From NCBI GenBank assembly GCA_902518955.1, contig CABYIR010000002.1:48891-112890 (forward strand): a stretch of 64,000 nt of DNA, read 5' to 3'. The notes beneath the pieces were generated by a model. That model ran no database searches. It was not told the origin of the DNA and saw nothing but the letters and a program-made list of their open reading frames with translations. Every line of letters starts with the position of its first letter. Positions within the stretch are counted from its first letter, which is position 1. The translations under genes and the position numbers were made by a program. Of the stretch, positions 29,522 to 41,371 are shown piece after piece. Source of the DNA: an uncultured Pelagibacteraceae bacterium (GTDB taxonomy: Bacteria; Pseudomonadota; Alphaproteobacteria; Pelagibacterales; AG-422-B15).

Positions 29522-31681
29522 ATGAATAAAAAAAATAATAAAGATGATCAATTAACTGAGTGGAAGAAGAAATTTGAGGCTGAAACTAAGACTTCAAGAG
29601 CCGATAATTTTATAATCAACACTGATGAAGACATTGGAATCAAGCCTTTATATATAGAGGAAGATATAAAAGATCTTAACTTTGTTGATGTAGGATCCTT
29701 ACCAGGTCACGATCCTTATACAAGAGGACCTAAAGCGTCAATGTATGTAAATAGGCCATGGACGATAAGACAGTACGCAGGTTTCTCGACCGCTGAAGAG
29801 TCAAACAATTTTTATCGTAAAAATTTAGAAGCAGGGCAGAAGGGTTTGTCAGTTGCTTTTGATCTACCAACTCATAGAGGTTATGACTCAGATGATGAAA
29901 TTGTAATGGGAGATGTTGGTAAAGCTGGAGTAGCTATTGACTCAGTTGAAGATATGAAGATTTTATTCGATGGAATACCACTAGATCAAATGTCAGTTTC
30001 AATGACTATGAATGGTGCAGTGTTACCAATTCTTGCATCATTCATTGTAGCAGGTGAGGAACAAGGGGTTGCTGTCAAAGATTTATCAGGAACAATTCAA
30101 AACGATATTTTAAAAGAATTTATGGTAAGGAATACTTACATTTATCCTCCAGATCCATCAATGAGAATCGTTGCTGATATAATTGAATATACTTCTAGAG
30201 AAATGCCCAAATTTAATTCTATTTCAATATCAGGTTATCATATGCAAGAGGCTGGGGCAGATAATGTTCTTGAACTAGCATACACACTCGCTGATGGGAT
30301 AGAGTATGTTAGAGCAGCTTTGTCCAAAGGACTAGATATTGATGATTTTGCTCCAAGACTCTCATTTTTCTTTGCAATAGGAACAGATTTCTTTATGGAA
30401 ATTGCAAAACTTAGAGCTGCTAGAACTCTATGGTATAAAATTATGAAAGATTTTGGTGCCAAAAATGAGAAATCGTTAACACTAAGAACACATTGTCAGA
30501 CCTCAGGCGTTTCGCTTACAGAAAAAGATCCATATAATAATATTGTTCGAACTTCCTATGAGGCTTTGTCTGCGGTTCTTGGAGGTACGCAGAGCCTTCA
30601 TACAAACTCATTTGATGAAGCGATAGCGCTACCTACAGAATTTTCAGCGAGGATTGCTAGAAATACTCAATTAATTTTACAGAATGAAACTGGAGTCTCA
30701 AATACAGTAGACCCCCTTGCTGGTTCATATTTTATTGAGAAAATAACAGATGAAGTTGCGTCAAAAGCATGGGAAATAATTCAAGAAGTGGAGGAGCTTG
30801 GAGGCATGACAAAAGCAGTGAATGCAGGTATCCCAAAATTAAAAATTGAAGAGTCAGCAACTAAAAAACAAGCAAAAATTGACTCTGGTGATAGGGTGGT
30901 TGTAGGTGTAAATAAATTTCAAAACCCAAAAGAGCCCAAGATAGATGTATTAGTAATTGATAATGAAAAGGTTCGTGAAGACCAAATTAAAAAGATAAAC
31001 TTACTTAAGGGCTCTAGAGATAATAAAAAACTTGAGAAATCTCTTAATGAATTGACTGAAGATGCTAAGAATGGAAATAACCTTTTATATTCTGCAGTAA
31101 AAGCAATAAAAAATAGGGCTACGATTGGTGAAGTTTCAAAAGCATTAGAAAATGTTTTTGGTCGTCATTATGCAACTTCAGTTGGCGTATCGGGTGTATA
31201 TGGAAAGTATTTTGAGGGGAATGAAGAATTTATGCATGTAACAAAAAAAATTCAAGATTTTGAAAAATTATATGGAAGAAGACCCAGAGTATTAGTAGTA
31301 AAAATGGGACAAGATGGGCATGATAGAGGTGCAAAAATTGTCGCAACATCATTTGCAGACATTGGATTTGATATCGATATGGGTCCATTATTCCAATCGC
31401 CAAAAGATGTAGCAAAGGACGCTGTCGAAAATGATGTACACGCAATTGGTGTATCCACACTAGCTGCAGGCCATAAGACATTGGTTCCAGAGCTAATGAG
31501 TTCATTAAAAGAATTAGATCCTGAAAATAAAATCATTGTTTTTGTTGGAGGAATCATTCCCGAGCAAGATTATGACTTTTTGTATGAAAAAAATATTTCT
31601 GCAATTTTTGGCCCCGGATCAAATATTATTGAATCTGCAGAAAAAGTAATTGATCTAATATCTGATAAAAATAATCAATAA
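29522..31681 (+). CDS. mcm: Methylmalonyl-CoA mutase
   Basis: [39 protein letters not shown]. Confidence 0.97.
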   Translation: MNKKNNKDDQLTEWKKKFEAETKTSRADNFIINTDEDIGIKPLYIEEDIKDLNFVDVGSLPGHDPYTRGPKASMYVNRPWTIRQYAGFSTAEESNNFYRKNLEAGQKGLSVAFDLPTHRGYDSDDEIVMGDVGKAGVAIDSVEDMKILFDGIPLDQMSVSMTMNGAVLPILASFIVAGEEQGVAVKDLSGTIQNDILKEFMVRNTYIYPPDPSMRIVADIIEYTSREMPKFNSISISGYHMQEAGADNVLELAYTLADGIEYVRAALSKGLDIDDFAPRLSFFFAIGTDFFMEIAKLRAARTLWYKIMKDFGAKNEKSLTLRTHCQTSGVSLTEKDPYNNIVRTSYEALSAVLGGTQSLHTNSFDEAIALPTEFSARIARNTQLILQNETGVSNTVDPLAGSYFIEKITDEVASKAWEIIQEVEELGGMTKAVNAGIPKLKIEESATKKQAKIDSGDRVVVGVNKFQNPKEPKIDVLVIDNEKVREDQIKKINLLKGSRDNKKLEKSLNELTEDAKNGNNLLYSAVKAIKNRATIGEVSKALENVFGRHYATSVGVSGVYGKYFEGNEEFMHVTKKIQDFEKLYGRRPRVLVVKMGQDGHDRGAKIVATSFADIGFDIDMGPLFQSPKDVAKDAVENDVHAIGVSTLAAGHKTLVPELMSSLKELDPENKIIVFVGGIIPEQDYDFLYEKNISAIFGPGSNIIESAEKVIDLISDKNNQ

Positions 31682-31683
31682 TT

Positions 31684-32646
31684 ATGGAATTAGTCAAAAA
31701 GGTTTTAAATAATGATCGTGCCTCGATAGCTAAAGCTATAACATTAGTAGAGTCATCCAATCCAAAGGATAAAGATGAGAGCAAGGAACTTATTTCAAGC
31801 TTAATTAATCATCCAGGCCATTCTATTCGTGTGGGTTTTTCTGGACCTCCTGGTGTTGGTAAATCAACTTTTATTGAATCTTTTGGTACATATTTGGTCA
31901 ATAAAAATTATAAACTCGCAATATTAGCAATAGATCCTTCATCAAACCTCACAGGAGGATCTATCCTGGGCGACAAGACTCGTATGAGTGAAATATCAAA
32001 AAGTCAGAATACATTCATACGCTCAACACCATCAAAAGGATCACTTGGAGGTGTATCTTATGGTACACGAGAAGCATCTATTATACTTGACGCTGCAGGA
32101 TATGATTTTATTTTCATCGAGACGGTTGGCGTTGGACAATCTGAAACTATGGCAGCAAACTTAGTTGATATTTTTACACTCATTGTTGGACCAGGATCTG
32201 GTGATGAATTGCAAGGAATTAAAAAAGGAATAACAGAATATGCCGATATCTTTATTGTTAATAAAAATGATGGAGACTTAAAATTGCAAGCATCAAAAAC
32301 TGCATCAGATTATAAATCAGCTTTAAGCTTTTACTCTAAACAAGATAACCAAGCAGCTAAGGAAGTTTTACTAGTATCTTCAATTGAACAACAGGGAATG
32401 GACAGTGTTATTGATACAATAAATGAAATTATTAAGTTTAATAAGTTGAATAAAATTTTTGATGCAAGAAGAGAAAACCAATTAAGTTATTGGATTAAGG
32501 AAGAGATCAGAAATCAAATTCAGTCTAAACTTGACCTTGAGGTAGGTAATGATACTGAATTACTTGATATGACAAAGGCTGTTATCAAAGGAGAGATCAA
32601 TATATATGATGTCTCAGATCATTTCCTAGATAAATTTTTGAAATAG
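31684..32646 (+). CDS. meaB: Mutase-associated GTPase MeaB
   Basis: GPPGVGKST, DPSS..TGGSILGDKTRM, ETVGVGQSE, NKND. Confidence 0.95.
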   Translation: MELVKKVLNNDRASIAKAITLVESSNPKDKDESKELISSLINHPGHSIRVGFSGPPGVGKSTFIESFGTYLVNKNYKLAILAIDPSSNLTGGSILGDKTRMSEISKSQNTFIRSTPSKGSLGGVSYGTREASIILDAAGYDFIFIETVGVGQSETMAANLVDIFTLIVGPGSGDELQGIKKGITEYADIFIVNKNDGDLKLQASKTASDYKSALSFYSKQDNQAAKEVLLVSSIEQQGMDSVIDTINEIIKFNKLNKIFDARRENQLSYWIKEEIRNQIQSKLDLEVGNDTELLDMTKAVIKGEINIYDVSDHFLDKFLK

Positions 32647-32655
32647 ATATAGATG

Positions 32656-32684
32656 TTGACAATATTATCTTTAGATATTATCAA
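32656..32684 (+). promoter_or_regulatory. Putative sigma70 promoter of rpmB (near-leaderless)
   Basis: TTGACA-17nt-TATCAA ending 9 nt before the ATG. Confidence 0.55.
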
Positions 32685-32693
32685 GCATCTACT

Positions 32694-32981
32694 ATGACGA
32701 GAGCGTGTGATTTAACAGGAAAAAAAGTACAATTTGGCCATAACGTGAGTAAAGCCAACAACAAGACTAAGCGTAAATTTATTCCAAATATTCAATCAGT
32801 CACTTTTAAAAGTGAGATTTTAAATCAAAATCTTAAGCTAAATGTTGCCGCTTCCTCAGTTAGAACTGTAAGTAAGTACGGAGGCATTGACGAGTTTTTA
32901 ATTAGAACAAAATGCAATGAACTTTCTCCTAAAGCTAAAAAATATCAGAAAGTTATTAAGAAACTTTCAGTAAAAAACTAG
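32694..32981 (+). CDS. rpmB: 50S ribosomal protein L28
   Basis: C.LTGK....[16 protein letters not shown]. Confidence 0.96.
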   Translation: MTRACDLTGKKVQFGHNVSKANNKTKRKFIPNIQSVTFKSEILNQNLKLNVAASSVRTVSKYGGIDEFLIRTKCNELSPKAKKYQKVIKKLSVKN

Positions 32982-34813
32982 TTCATAGTTCTTCTTTTCT
33001 TTTTTTCATCCTCTTCAAATAAATCAACTAGTTGTTCTGTCATAACGTCAGCAAGTTGCTCTGCATCAACAATAGTTACAGCTCTTTTATAATATCTTGT
33101 AACATCGTGACCTATTCCTACTGCCAATAATTGAATATTTGATCTACTTTCAATCCAATTTATTACACCTCTAAGATGCTTCTCAAGATAATTTCCTGAA
33201 TTCACTGACAATGTACTATCATCAACTGGAGCTCCATCAGAGATAACCATTAAAATTTTTCTTGCTTCATACCTAGACTGAAGTCTTTTATGTGCCCATA
33301 ACAAAGCTTCCCCATCAATATTTTCTTTTAGGAGACCTTCACGCATCATTAATCCAAGATTCTTTTTTGCTCTCCTCCAAGGCTCATCAGCTGCTTTATA
33401 AATTATATGCCTTAAATCATTAAGTCTTCCTGGAGCAGGTGGCTTATTATTTTGCATCCAATGTTCTCTACTTTTTCCACCTTTCCAAGCTTTAGTGGTA
33501 AATCCAAGAATTTCAACTTTCACTCCACATCTCTCAAGTGTTCGAGCAAGGATATCAGCACTCATAGCTGCAACAGTAATCGGTCTACCTCTCATTGAAC
33601 CTGAGTTATCAATTAGAAGTGAAACAACGGTGTCCTTAAAATCGGTATCTTTTTCTTTTTTAAATGAAAGAGAATACATTGGATCCATTATAACTCTTGT
33701 TAATCTTGATGTGTCTAATAAGCCCTCTTCGAGATCAAAATTCCAACTTCTATTCTGTTTAGCTAGGAGTTTTCTTTGTAATCTATTTGCGAGTCTTGAA
33801 ATTATTGTTTGAAATGATTTTAGTTGCTGATCGAGATAGTTTCTAAGTCTATTTAACTCTTCATCTTCGCATAGAATATTAGCAGTTATAATCTCATCAA
33901 ATTCTTCTGAATATTTTTGATAATCATTGAATATCTCCTCATAACTTAAGTTATTTTTATATTGTGGAGTTGTATTTTCTGAATTTCCATCATCACTATC
34001 AGATAAATCTTGATCATCATCTTTATCAAATGAAACTTCTGTTTCCTCAAGACTTACCTCTTGTTCACTCTCTGCTGATTCATCTTGATCAAAAGATGAT
34101 TGGTTCTCCATCTCATTAGTTTCATTATTCTCTAATTGATCAATATTATTATTTTTTTCATCCTCATTATTAGATTCACTCTTTTCATCTTTTTGATCAT
34201 AATAATTTAATTCTTCGATAACTTGATTAACTGCTTTAGCGAATTCAACTTGATTATCAATAGAGTCGATAAGCTTTTTCGAAGAATCGCCAATTTTTTT
34301 TTCAAACCACTGATGCCACATTGAAATAGCTTTATTTTGTGAATTTGGTATGAAATTTTTTCCAGCTAATTTTCTCAAATAAAAATCAAGTGCGTTCTGA
34401 ATATCAATATCAGACTGTTCGTTAGCTTCAAACATCTGATTTTCATTACATTTTTTTTCATATAAAGAAAACAAGTTTGACTTAACACCTCTCATGATCT
34501 TACTTCCAAGAATTTGAATCCGAGTATTCTCAAGAACCTCATATATTTCTTTATTTTTATGTCCTGAGGGCGACATCAACTCGAAAGTTTCTTTGTCATG
34601 AAATCGATACATCAATGCCTGATTATCTGCATTGCCTCTTATTGAAGATAGGAACTCAAGATCATTTTCGTTATCAATTTTTGGTAGAACGATAGTATTT
34701 TCTGATTTGAAAGCGTTATCATCAAATACTACTTCAATATCTTTGTTATTAGCGATTGCTTTTACAGTAGAAGTAATTGCTTTTTTGAACTCTGTAATGA
34801 GGTCTTCTTTCAC
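32978..34813 (-). CDS. cobT: CobT (vWA domain with acidic linker)
   Basis: [41 protein letters not shown]. Confidence 0.94.
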   Translation of the reverse strand: MKEDLITEFKKAITSTVKAIANNKDIEVVFDDNAFKSENTIVLPKIDNENDLEFLSSIRGNADNQALMYRFHDKETFELMSPSGHKNKEIYEVLENTRIQILGSKIMRGVKSNLFSLYEKKCNENQMFEANEQSDIDIQNALDFYLRKLAGKNFIPNSQNKAISMWHQWFEKKIGDSSKKLIDSIDNQVEFAKAVNQVIEELNYYDQKDEKSESNNEDEKNNNIDQLENNETNEMENQSSFDQDESAESEQEVSLEETEVSFDKDDDQDLSDSDDGNSENTTPQYKNNLSYEEIFNDYQKYSEEFDEIITANILCEDEELNRLRNYLDQQLKSFQTIISRLANRLQRKLLAKQNRSWNFDLEEGLLDTSRLTRVIMDPMYSLSFKKEKDTDFKDTVVSLLIDNSGSMRGRPITVAAMSADILARTLERCGVKVEILGFTTKAWKGGKSREHWMQNNKPPAPGRLNDLRHIIYKAADEPWRRAKKNLGLMMREGLLKENIDGEALLWAHKRLQSRYEARKILMVISDGAPVDDSTLSVNSGNYLEKHLRGVINWIESRSNIQLLAVGIGHDVTRYYKRAVTIVDAEQLADVMTEQLVDLFEEDEKKKRRTMN

Positions 34814-35802
34814 TACTTTAAATTAGTTAATGATGATGTATTTCCTACTTCTTCTCCAAAACACCTCTGATAATATTCAGAAATTATTGGTTTTTCACTC
34901 TCATCACATTTATTAAGGAAAGTAAGTTGGAAGCTTAAGTTATAATCGAAATTAAATATTTCAGAATTTTCAGCCCAAGTTAAAACTGTTCTAGGACTCA
35001 TTACTGTAGATATATCACCATTAGCCAATCCTTTTCTTGTTAGATCAGCAACCCTGATCATCAAATCTAATATTTCAGATTTTTCCTTCTCAGCAAATGC
35101 TGGAACTTTACTTTCAATAATTATTTTTTCTTTCTCAAGTTCTAAATAATTAAGAGTTGTTACAATATTCCATCGGTCCATTTGCCCTTGATTTATCTGT
35201 TGAGTTCCATGATATAATCCGGTCGTATCTCCTAATCCAATCGTATTGGTTGTGGCAAATAATCTAAAATGAGGATTCGGACGAATGACAGTATTTTTAT
35301 CAAGAAGTGTAAATTTACCATCAGTTTCTAATACTCTTTGAATAACAAACATTACATCTGGTCTTCCAGCATCATATTCATCAAAAACTAATGCAGTAGG
35401 ATTTTGGAGTGACCAAGGTAATATTCCATTTTGAAATTCAGTAATCTGTTTTCCATCCTTAAGAACAATTGCATCTTTCCCAATAAGATCAATTCGACTT
35501 ACATGACTATCAAGATTGATCCTAATACAGGGCCAATTCAATCGTGCTGCTACTTGTTCAATATGAGTTGATTTTCCTGTTCCATGCAGACCCTGGATCA
35601 TTACTCTCCGATTATATTTGAAACCTGCAAGAATCGCCATCGTAGTAGACTTATCAAAACAATAATTACTATCAATATCTGGAACATGCTCAGTTTTTTC
35701 TGAGAAACCATCGACATGAAGATCAGTGTCTATTCCAAAAGCTTGATTAACAGAGATTGAAATATCTGGTTTACTCGTTAATTGGTCATTTAAATTGTTC
35801 AT
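34813..35802 (-). CDS. cobS: CobS AAA+ ATPase
   Basis: [30 protein letters not shown]. Confidence 0.95.
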   Translation of the reverse strand: MNNLNDQLTSKPDISISVNQAFGIDTDLHVDGFSEKTEHVPDIDSNYCFDKSTTMAILAGFKYNRRVMIQGLHGTGKSTHIEQVAARLNWPCIRINLDSHVSRIDLIGKDAIVLKDGKQITEFQNGILPWSLQNPTALVFDEYDAGRPDVMFVIQRVLETDGKFTLLDKNTVIRPNPHFRLFATTNTIGLGDTTGLYHGTQQINQGQMDRWNIVTTLNYLELEKEKIIIESKVPAFAEKEKSEILDLMIRVADLTRKGLANGDISTVMSPRTVLTWAENSEIFNFDYNLSFQLTFLNKCDESEKPIISEYYQRCFGEEVGNTSSLTNLK

Positions 35803-36310
35803 AGTATTCCTTTAGTAATTTATAAGACTCAAGAACTTTCGTAAGTTTCTCAGTTTTACTCTTGTCATTGCCAACAGTATCTGGATGAAGTTCTTTTACA
35901 ATTTTTTTAAAACTTGATTTAATCTCCTCAATTGAAGCATTTTTATTATCTATTCCAAGTACCGCAAGAGCGTTTAAATACTTAGAGCTATACAAATTAG
36001 GGTTTAGATTATTTTTATCAACACCTAAATAGGATGAATTCAAAGAATCCATGATTTTTTCAACTTTTTCAGCATAATCAACACTGTATGTACCCATTTT
36101 CTTTGTTTTACGATGGCCAATGATGTCATTTTCAATGAATTCTTCTATTTGATCTGCAGACATATTTGAAAAATAATTCCATTTTTTGTTATATTCTTTT
36201 ATATGTTCATAACAAAACCAAATGTAGGTGTTTAATTCATCTGGTGATAATGGAGCTTTATATTCAGCATTGTTCTCACATCCATCTATATAACACTGAT
36301 TTTTTTTCAT
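35786..36310 (-). CDS. J-domain (DnaJ-like) protein
   Basis: C...GC...A.Y.AP, WFC..H..EYN, HPD motif. Confidence 0.9.
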   Translation of the reverse strand: MKKNQCYIDGCENNAEYKAPLSPDELNTYIWFCYEHIKEYNKKWNYFSNMSADQIEEFIENDIIGHRKTKKMGTYSVDYAEKVEKIMDSLNSSYLGVDKNNLNPNLYSSKYLNALAVLGIDNKNASIEEIKSSFKKIVKELHPDTVGNDKSKTEKLTKVLESYKLLKEYYEQFK

Positions 36311-36345
36311 TCTTATGATAATCTTAGTATAAATATTTATATCAA

Positions 36346-36621
36346 ATGAATATCAAAGAAACTATTAATTCAAAAATAAATATACAACTAAATACCCATT
36401 TTCTAAAAATTATTGATTTTTCGGAACAACATAAAAATCATTATGACAATGGCTCGAGAGGAGATACTTCCCACATTACTCTCATAATAGTTTCAAAAGA
36501 TTTTCAAAATATGAATAAGATTCAAAGAGAAAGAAAAATCCATAAAATACTTGAAAATGAAATTCGTGATAACTTACATTCAATTAGACTTAAACTTTAT
36601 ACTCCAGATGAGTATGATTAA
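36346..36621 (+). CDS. bolA: BolA family protein
   Basis: D.S..H..H, SH....IVS..F, R.I...L, LH. Confidence 0.85.
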   Translation: MNIKETINSKINIQLNTHFLKIIDFSEQHKNHYDNGSRGDTSHITLIIVSKDFQNMNKIQRERKIHKILENEIRDNLHSIRLKLYTPDEYD

Positions 36622-36626
36622 TTAAA

Positions 36627-37880
36627 TTAAGATACTTTAATTTTATGAATCAAATTATCTTTTACTTCTAAAATTTCAAAAATGAAACCGTAATAATTAA
36701 AAACCTGACCCTCTGTAGGAAATGATCTGGACTCATGAATTATAAGTCCTGAGAGAGTATTTGCCTCTTCTTCTGGTAAATTCCAATTATAAATTCTATT
36801 AATATCTCTTATTTCTGTGCCTCCATTTATAGTTAAAGTTCCATCTTCATTCTTAACTACAGTAGTAAGTCCTTCATCTATCTCATCTGTGATATCTCCA
36901 ACTATTTCTTCCATTATATCCTCTAAACTAATCATTCCCATTAGAACACCATATTCATCAACAACGATTGCTAATTTCTTTTTAGTATTTAAGTGCATTT
37001 TTAATTGTTCTTTTAAAGATGTAGTTTCAGGAATGAATAATGGCTTAATCAAAGATTGCATCATATCTGAACGAGTAATATCTCTATTTTGACTCATAAT
37101 TTTCAATAAATGTTTTGAGTGAATAATTCCAATTATGTTCTCGTCATTATTTTGCCAAACTGGTATTCTTGTAAAAGAGCTATTAATTACTGAATTAAGA
37201 ATTTTTTTGGGATCATCATCTATGTTAACCGTAAACATATTACTTCTGTGGACCATCACATCTTCTACGGTTACTTCAGCTAAATCAAGAACACCTGTAA
37301 CCATATCTTTATCCGACTTATATAACCTACCCTCCTTATGATGAAGATCCAGAGTACCTCTAATCTCATCCTTTACTGATAAAACTCTCATATTTTTTTC
37401 AAGTTTTATTTTGAAAATACTTAGAATAAAGAAAACTATTTTTTCCATCATCCAGGTTACAGGCCATAAAAGATAGACAATGGGTCTAAAAATAGGACTA
37501 ACCGTAAGAGCAAGCTTTTCAGAGTTAGTTAAAGCATAGGTTTTAGGAAGTATTTCTGCAAAAATTACAATAAGCGCCGTCATTATGATTACTGCATACG
37601 CTACACCTGTATCTCCAAAAATTTTAATTGAAAGGCTTGTTGCCAAAGCGGAAGCTAAAATATTAACTAAATTATTACCTAAAAGAATTGCGCCAATAAG
37701 AGACTCTTTCTTATTTAATAGCTCAATCGCAGTTTTAGCATTTTTATGACCTTTATTGCTAAGACCAGTTAAACGACTTCTCGTACTAGCAGTTAATGCA
37801 GTTTCAGATCCCGAAAAAAAACCTGAGAGAATTAGAAGTAAAAAAATTGAGATAAAAAGTATAATTAATTCAAAAAACAT
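36627..37880 (-). CDS. HlyC/CorC (CNNM-CBS) transporter family
   Basis: FFSGSETA, EILPK, two CBS domains, VVDEYG...G.ISLED..EEIVG. Confidence 0.92.
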   Translation of the reverse strand: MFFELIILFISIFLLLILSGFFSGSETALTASTRSRLTGLSNKGHKNAKTAIELLNKKESLIGAILLGNNLVNILASALATSLSIKIFGDTGVAYAVIIMTALIVIFAEILPKTYALTNSEKLALTVSPIFRPIVYLLWPVTWMMEKIVFFILSIFKIKLEKNMRVLSVKDEIRGTLDLHHKEGRLYKSDKDMVTGVLDLAEVTVEDVMVHRSNMFTVNIDDDPKKILNSVINSSFTRIPVWQNNDENIIGIIHSKHLLKIMSQNRDITRSDMMQSLIKPLFIPETTSLKEQLKMHLNTKKKLAIVVDEYGVLMGMISLEDIMEEIVGDITDEIDEGLTTVVKNEDGTLTINGGTEIRDINRIYNWNLPEEEANTLSGLIIHESRSFPTEGQVFNYYGFIFEILEVKDNLIHKIKVS

Positions 37881-37882
37881 AA

Positions 37883-38992
37883 TTAAATAATAGAATCTTT
37901 TATAATAATTTTTAGTAACTGATAATCGAATTTGTTAGTTTGATAAGCTTTACCAATTTTTTTTAGTAGAATTAAATTAATTTTATTATTTTTTGTTTTT
38001 TTATCTTTATTCATAACATCAATAAATTTTTTTATTGAAAGATTTTTTCTTAGAGACCTAGGAATTTGAGTTGGTAAATTTAGTAATTTAAAATGATTAA
38101 TTATTTTATTTAATTCATCCATTGAGATTAAATTCATTGCTGATGATAATTTTGATGCCATAATCATTCCCATAGCTACAGCTTCTCCATGATTTATGTT
38201 TTCCTTATAAGAATTTGTTTGCTCAATGACATGACCAAATGTATGGCCAAAGTTTAGTAAGGCTCTTATATTCGTTTCCTTTTCATCTAGACTTACAATC
38301 TTAGATTTACATTGACAGCTTTGAAATATTGCGTGAATCAATGCTTTTTTGTTTTTGTTCATTACCCTTTTTCCATTAATAACGAGCCAATTGAAGAATT
38401 TGATATCAAATATTAAACTATATTTTACAATTTCTGCATAACCAGCTGTCATCTCCCTGTCATTTAATTTTGTTAAAAAATTAATATCAATTAATACCAA
38501 CGATGGCTGATAAAAGCTTCCAATTAAATTTTTACCGTGTTCTGAGTTTATACCTGTTTTTCCTCCAACAGATGAATCAACTTGTGATAACAACGTAGTA
38601 GGAATTTGAATATAATTAACGCCTCTTAAAACAATACTTGATACAAAGCCAGTAATATCTCCAACTACACCACCTCCAAATGCAATGATTGTATCATCTC
38701 TTGAGATATTTTTTCCCAATAGAGTGTTACATATTGAATTTATATTTTTAATATTTTTCTGTTTTTCACCTATTCCGATAACAATAATCTCAACTGAAAG
38801 TTTTTTATCTTTTTTTATTTTCTCTAACTCCTCTTTGAAGATTTTATTAATATTCCTATCAGTTAAGATAAAAATTCTATTATTTTTTATATAGGGAGAG
38901 ATATTTTTTCTAAAACTCTTAAAAGTATTAGAACCAATAATAATAGGATAATTTTTATTTAAAGTGGTTATATTTAATCTCTTATTTTTCAT
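37883..38992 (-). CDS. aroB: 3-dehydroquinate synthase
   Basis: GGGVVGD, PTTLLSQVDSSVGGKTG, LNFGHTFGH, HGEAV. Confidence 0.96.
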   Translation of the reverse strand: MKNKRLNITTLNKNYPIIIGSNTFKSFRKNISPYIKNNRIFILTDRNINKIFKEELEKIKKDKKLSVEIIVIGIGEKQKNIKNINSICNTLLGKNISRDDTIIAFGGGVVGDITGFVSSIVLRGVNYIQIPTTLLSQVDSSVGGKTGINSEHGKNLIGSFYQPSLVLIDINFLTKLNDREMTAGYAEIVKYSLIFDIKFFNWLVINGKRVMNKNKKALIHAIFQSCQCKSKIVSLDEKETNIRALLNFGHTFGHVIEQTNSYKENINHGEAVAMGMIMASKLSSAMNLISMDELNKIINHFKLLNLPTQIPRSLRKNLSIKKFIDVMNKDKKTKNNKINLILLKKIGKAYQTNKFDYQLLKIIIKDSII

Positions 38993-39513
38993 TTAATACT
39001 TTCAATATATTCTACTAATTCTTTTAAAATTAATTTTTTTTGCTTTTTCGAAACATCATAATGAAAGTCAGCACTTTCATAATTAATTTTTCTAATTTTA
39101 TCAAGCTTCATTATTTCAGACTTAATGTTTTTTCCAATTAATAAAGGTCTATTTTTATTTTTTTTCAATCTTTCAACTAAAATATTAATATTACATTTTA
39201 ACCAGATACTAATATTTTTTTCTTTTATTAGTGCTCTGATATTTTTATTCTCAAATGAACCACCACCTAATGCAATCACTTTTTTTTCTTTCGATTCTAA
39301 TATCTGTTTAATTATACTTTCTTCAATTTTTCTAAATCGATTTTCTCCTTGTTTTAAAAAAATTTCTCTAATCTTAGTATTAGTATGTTTTTCAATTTCA
39401 TAATCTGTATCAATAAAATCTATAGAAAGTTTTTTTGCAAAGCTTTTGCCAATTGTGGACTTGCCTGAGCCCATATGGCCTAATAAAACAATATTTGATA
39501 CATTATTTTTCAT
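38989..39513 (-). CDS. aroK: Shikimate kinase
   Basis: GHMGSGKSTIG, D.D..IE, GE..FR, GGG, RPLL. Confidence 0.95.
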   Translation of the reverse strand: MKNNVSNIVLLGHMGSGKSTIGKSFAKKLSIDFIDTDYEIEKHTNTKIREIFLKQGENRFRKIEESIIKQILESKEKKVIALGGGSFENKNIRALIKEKNISIWLKCNINILVERLKKNKNRPLLIGKNIKSEIMKLDKIRKINYESADFHYDVSKKQKKLILKELVEYIESIK

Positions 39514-39590
39514 CTAAATTTTGACATTTTTGCAGTATTAAATGTGATAAAATTTCACAGCGTTAGTTTAATCTGTTACAAGGGAGCGAT

Positions 39591-41366
39591 ATGAAAGATA
39601 TTAAAACAAATTTCATTAGAAATAATTCTCTATTATACATATTTACGGCTGTTGTAGTATCGGTAATTATAATATTTTCAATAAGCACTATTTATGCTGA
39701 AGAAAATGATAAAAAACCCTTAGATTTATGGGAAAACAATTCCTTGCTAAGCAAAGATGAAGATAAGAAAAAGGAATTTAATCCTGTTTCAACTAATAAT
39801 ATTATAAACTCTGAAGAAGAAATAGACCAAAGTAAAATTAATGTTTCAAACTTAGATAGTATTGGAATTTATGATGAGTCTAACGGCGGGTTCTCAATTG
39901 GAGTTTGGAAAAATTCAAATTTTGATCAAATTGAGTATTTGCTCAATAAAGTTCCACCTGTCTCAAGAAATACTGTTTTGAAAAATTTAATTAATAAGTC
40001 TTTATTAACGATCTCAAATCCTCCAGTAAAAAAAAATAAAAATGAAAAAATCTTTTTTGATCTTAAAATTGAGTATTTGGAAAAAGCCGCAAACTATAAT
40101 GAGATTGAGAAACTTTTCAGCTTGATTCCTGAAGATGATTTAAATGATGATCTTCTTAATAAATATATTACTTCCAAATTAATTAATGGGGATTATAAAT
40201 CAATTTGTAGATTAGATAATCAAATATCAGAAAGTAAATTTAAATTAGAAATAAATTCTTTCTGCAAAGCAATGTCAAATAATTTACCAGCTTTAGATTT
40301 GATGATTTCGCTTTTGATAGAAGAAGATATTGCTGATAAAGATTTACTGTATATTTATTATTCATACATAAACCAGACAGAAATTGATTTAAAAAGAATA
40401 AAAAATATAGATATTAAGAAAATTAACTTAATATCAAATTTAGGAATTGATTATTCAGAGTACATAGATGAAAATTCTCCACTTGAATTACAATTATTCT
40501 TTGTTTATTCAAAATTAAAAGCAGAAGATAAAAAAGTGGTTTTAGCTGAAAATTTATTATCTACAAGTACCTTAGAGTCTAGTTTTCTTGGAGATTTGTA
40601 TAAGCAGTATTTTACTGGCTTAAATTTAAATATATCAGTTGACTACTTAAATATGGAGTCTTCAATGAAAAAAAGAGTGGGAATTTATAATCTAATAAGA
40701 AGTACTTCTGATCAGAGTAAACTTCCTAAATTACTAAGTTTGTATGTTGATGAAATGGGATCTCAAAAATTACTCTTGAATAGTGCTAACCTGGTTTATG
40801 ATAAGGCCAAAATTATCACTCCTAAACAGTCTTATAAAAATGATGTTCTACCGATTTGTGTAATTTTATTGATAAATAATGATATTGAAAAATGTAAAGA
40901 GTGGTTGGACACACTTACATTTGATAAAGAGTCAGAAGAAATCATAAAAAAAATAAAGTTTTATTTATTTTTAAAGAATGATGATGATCAAATTAAATCA
41001 AGCGTTTTAAATAATGCTGAGAATTATGTAAGCTTAGAAAGCTTAGATGATCTAGACAAAAATATAATTGCAAAATTTTTCTCTTTAAGACAAGAAAATC
41101 AATTTCTCGAATTCTGGAGATCTAAAAATGATATGAGTAGAACTTCCGGCATAACTATAAATATCAAGCTCATTGAGTACTTAAATCAAATTAAAGATAT
41201 CAGTATTGGGGAGGCAATTTTATTATCAAGTATTATCTACGGTAACAATAATGAACATTCAAAAGATGTTTATGCCTTATTTTCTATAATTAAAACTCTT
41301 GAAGTGATTAATCCTTCATTTACAGATGAATTTTTATTTGAATATTTTGCTAATAATTTAATCTAA
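39591..41366 (+). CDS. Exported or membrane-anchored hypothetical protein
   Basis: 591-aa ORF, GGGAG SD, N-terminal hydrophobic segment, G......W..S motif; lies between aroK and xerD. Confidence 0.7.
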   Translation: MKDIKTNFIRNNSLLYIFTAVVVSVIIIFSISTIYAEENDKKPLDLWENNSLLSKDEDKKKEFNPVSTNNIINSEEEIDQSKINVSNLDSIGIYDESNGGFSIGVWKNSNFDQIEYLLNKVPPVSRNTVLKNLINKSLLTISNPPVKKNKNEKIFFDLKIEYLEKAANYNEIEKLFSLIPEDDLNDDLLNKYITSKLINGDYKSICRLDNQISESKFKLEINSFCKAMSNNLPALDLMISLLIEEDIADKDLLYIYYSYINQTEIDLKRIKNIDIKKINLISNLGIDYSEYIDENSPLELQLFFVYSKLKAEDKKVVLAENLLSTSTLESSFLGDLYKQYFTGLNLNISVDYLNMESSMKKRVGIYNLIRSTSDQSKLPKLLSLYVDEMGSQKLLLNSANLVYDKAKIITPKQSYKNDVLPICVILLINNDIEKCKEWLDTLTFDKESEEIIKKIKFYLFLKNDDDQIKSSVLNNAENYVSLESLDDLDKNIIAKFFSLRQENQFLEFWRSKNDMSRTSGITINIKLIEYLNQIKDISIGEAILLSSIIYGNNNEHSKDVYALFSIIKTLEVINPSFTDEFLFEYFANNLI

Positions 41367-41371
41367 CAAAA

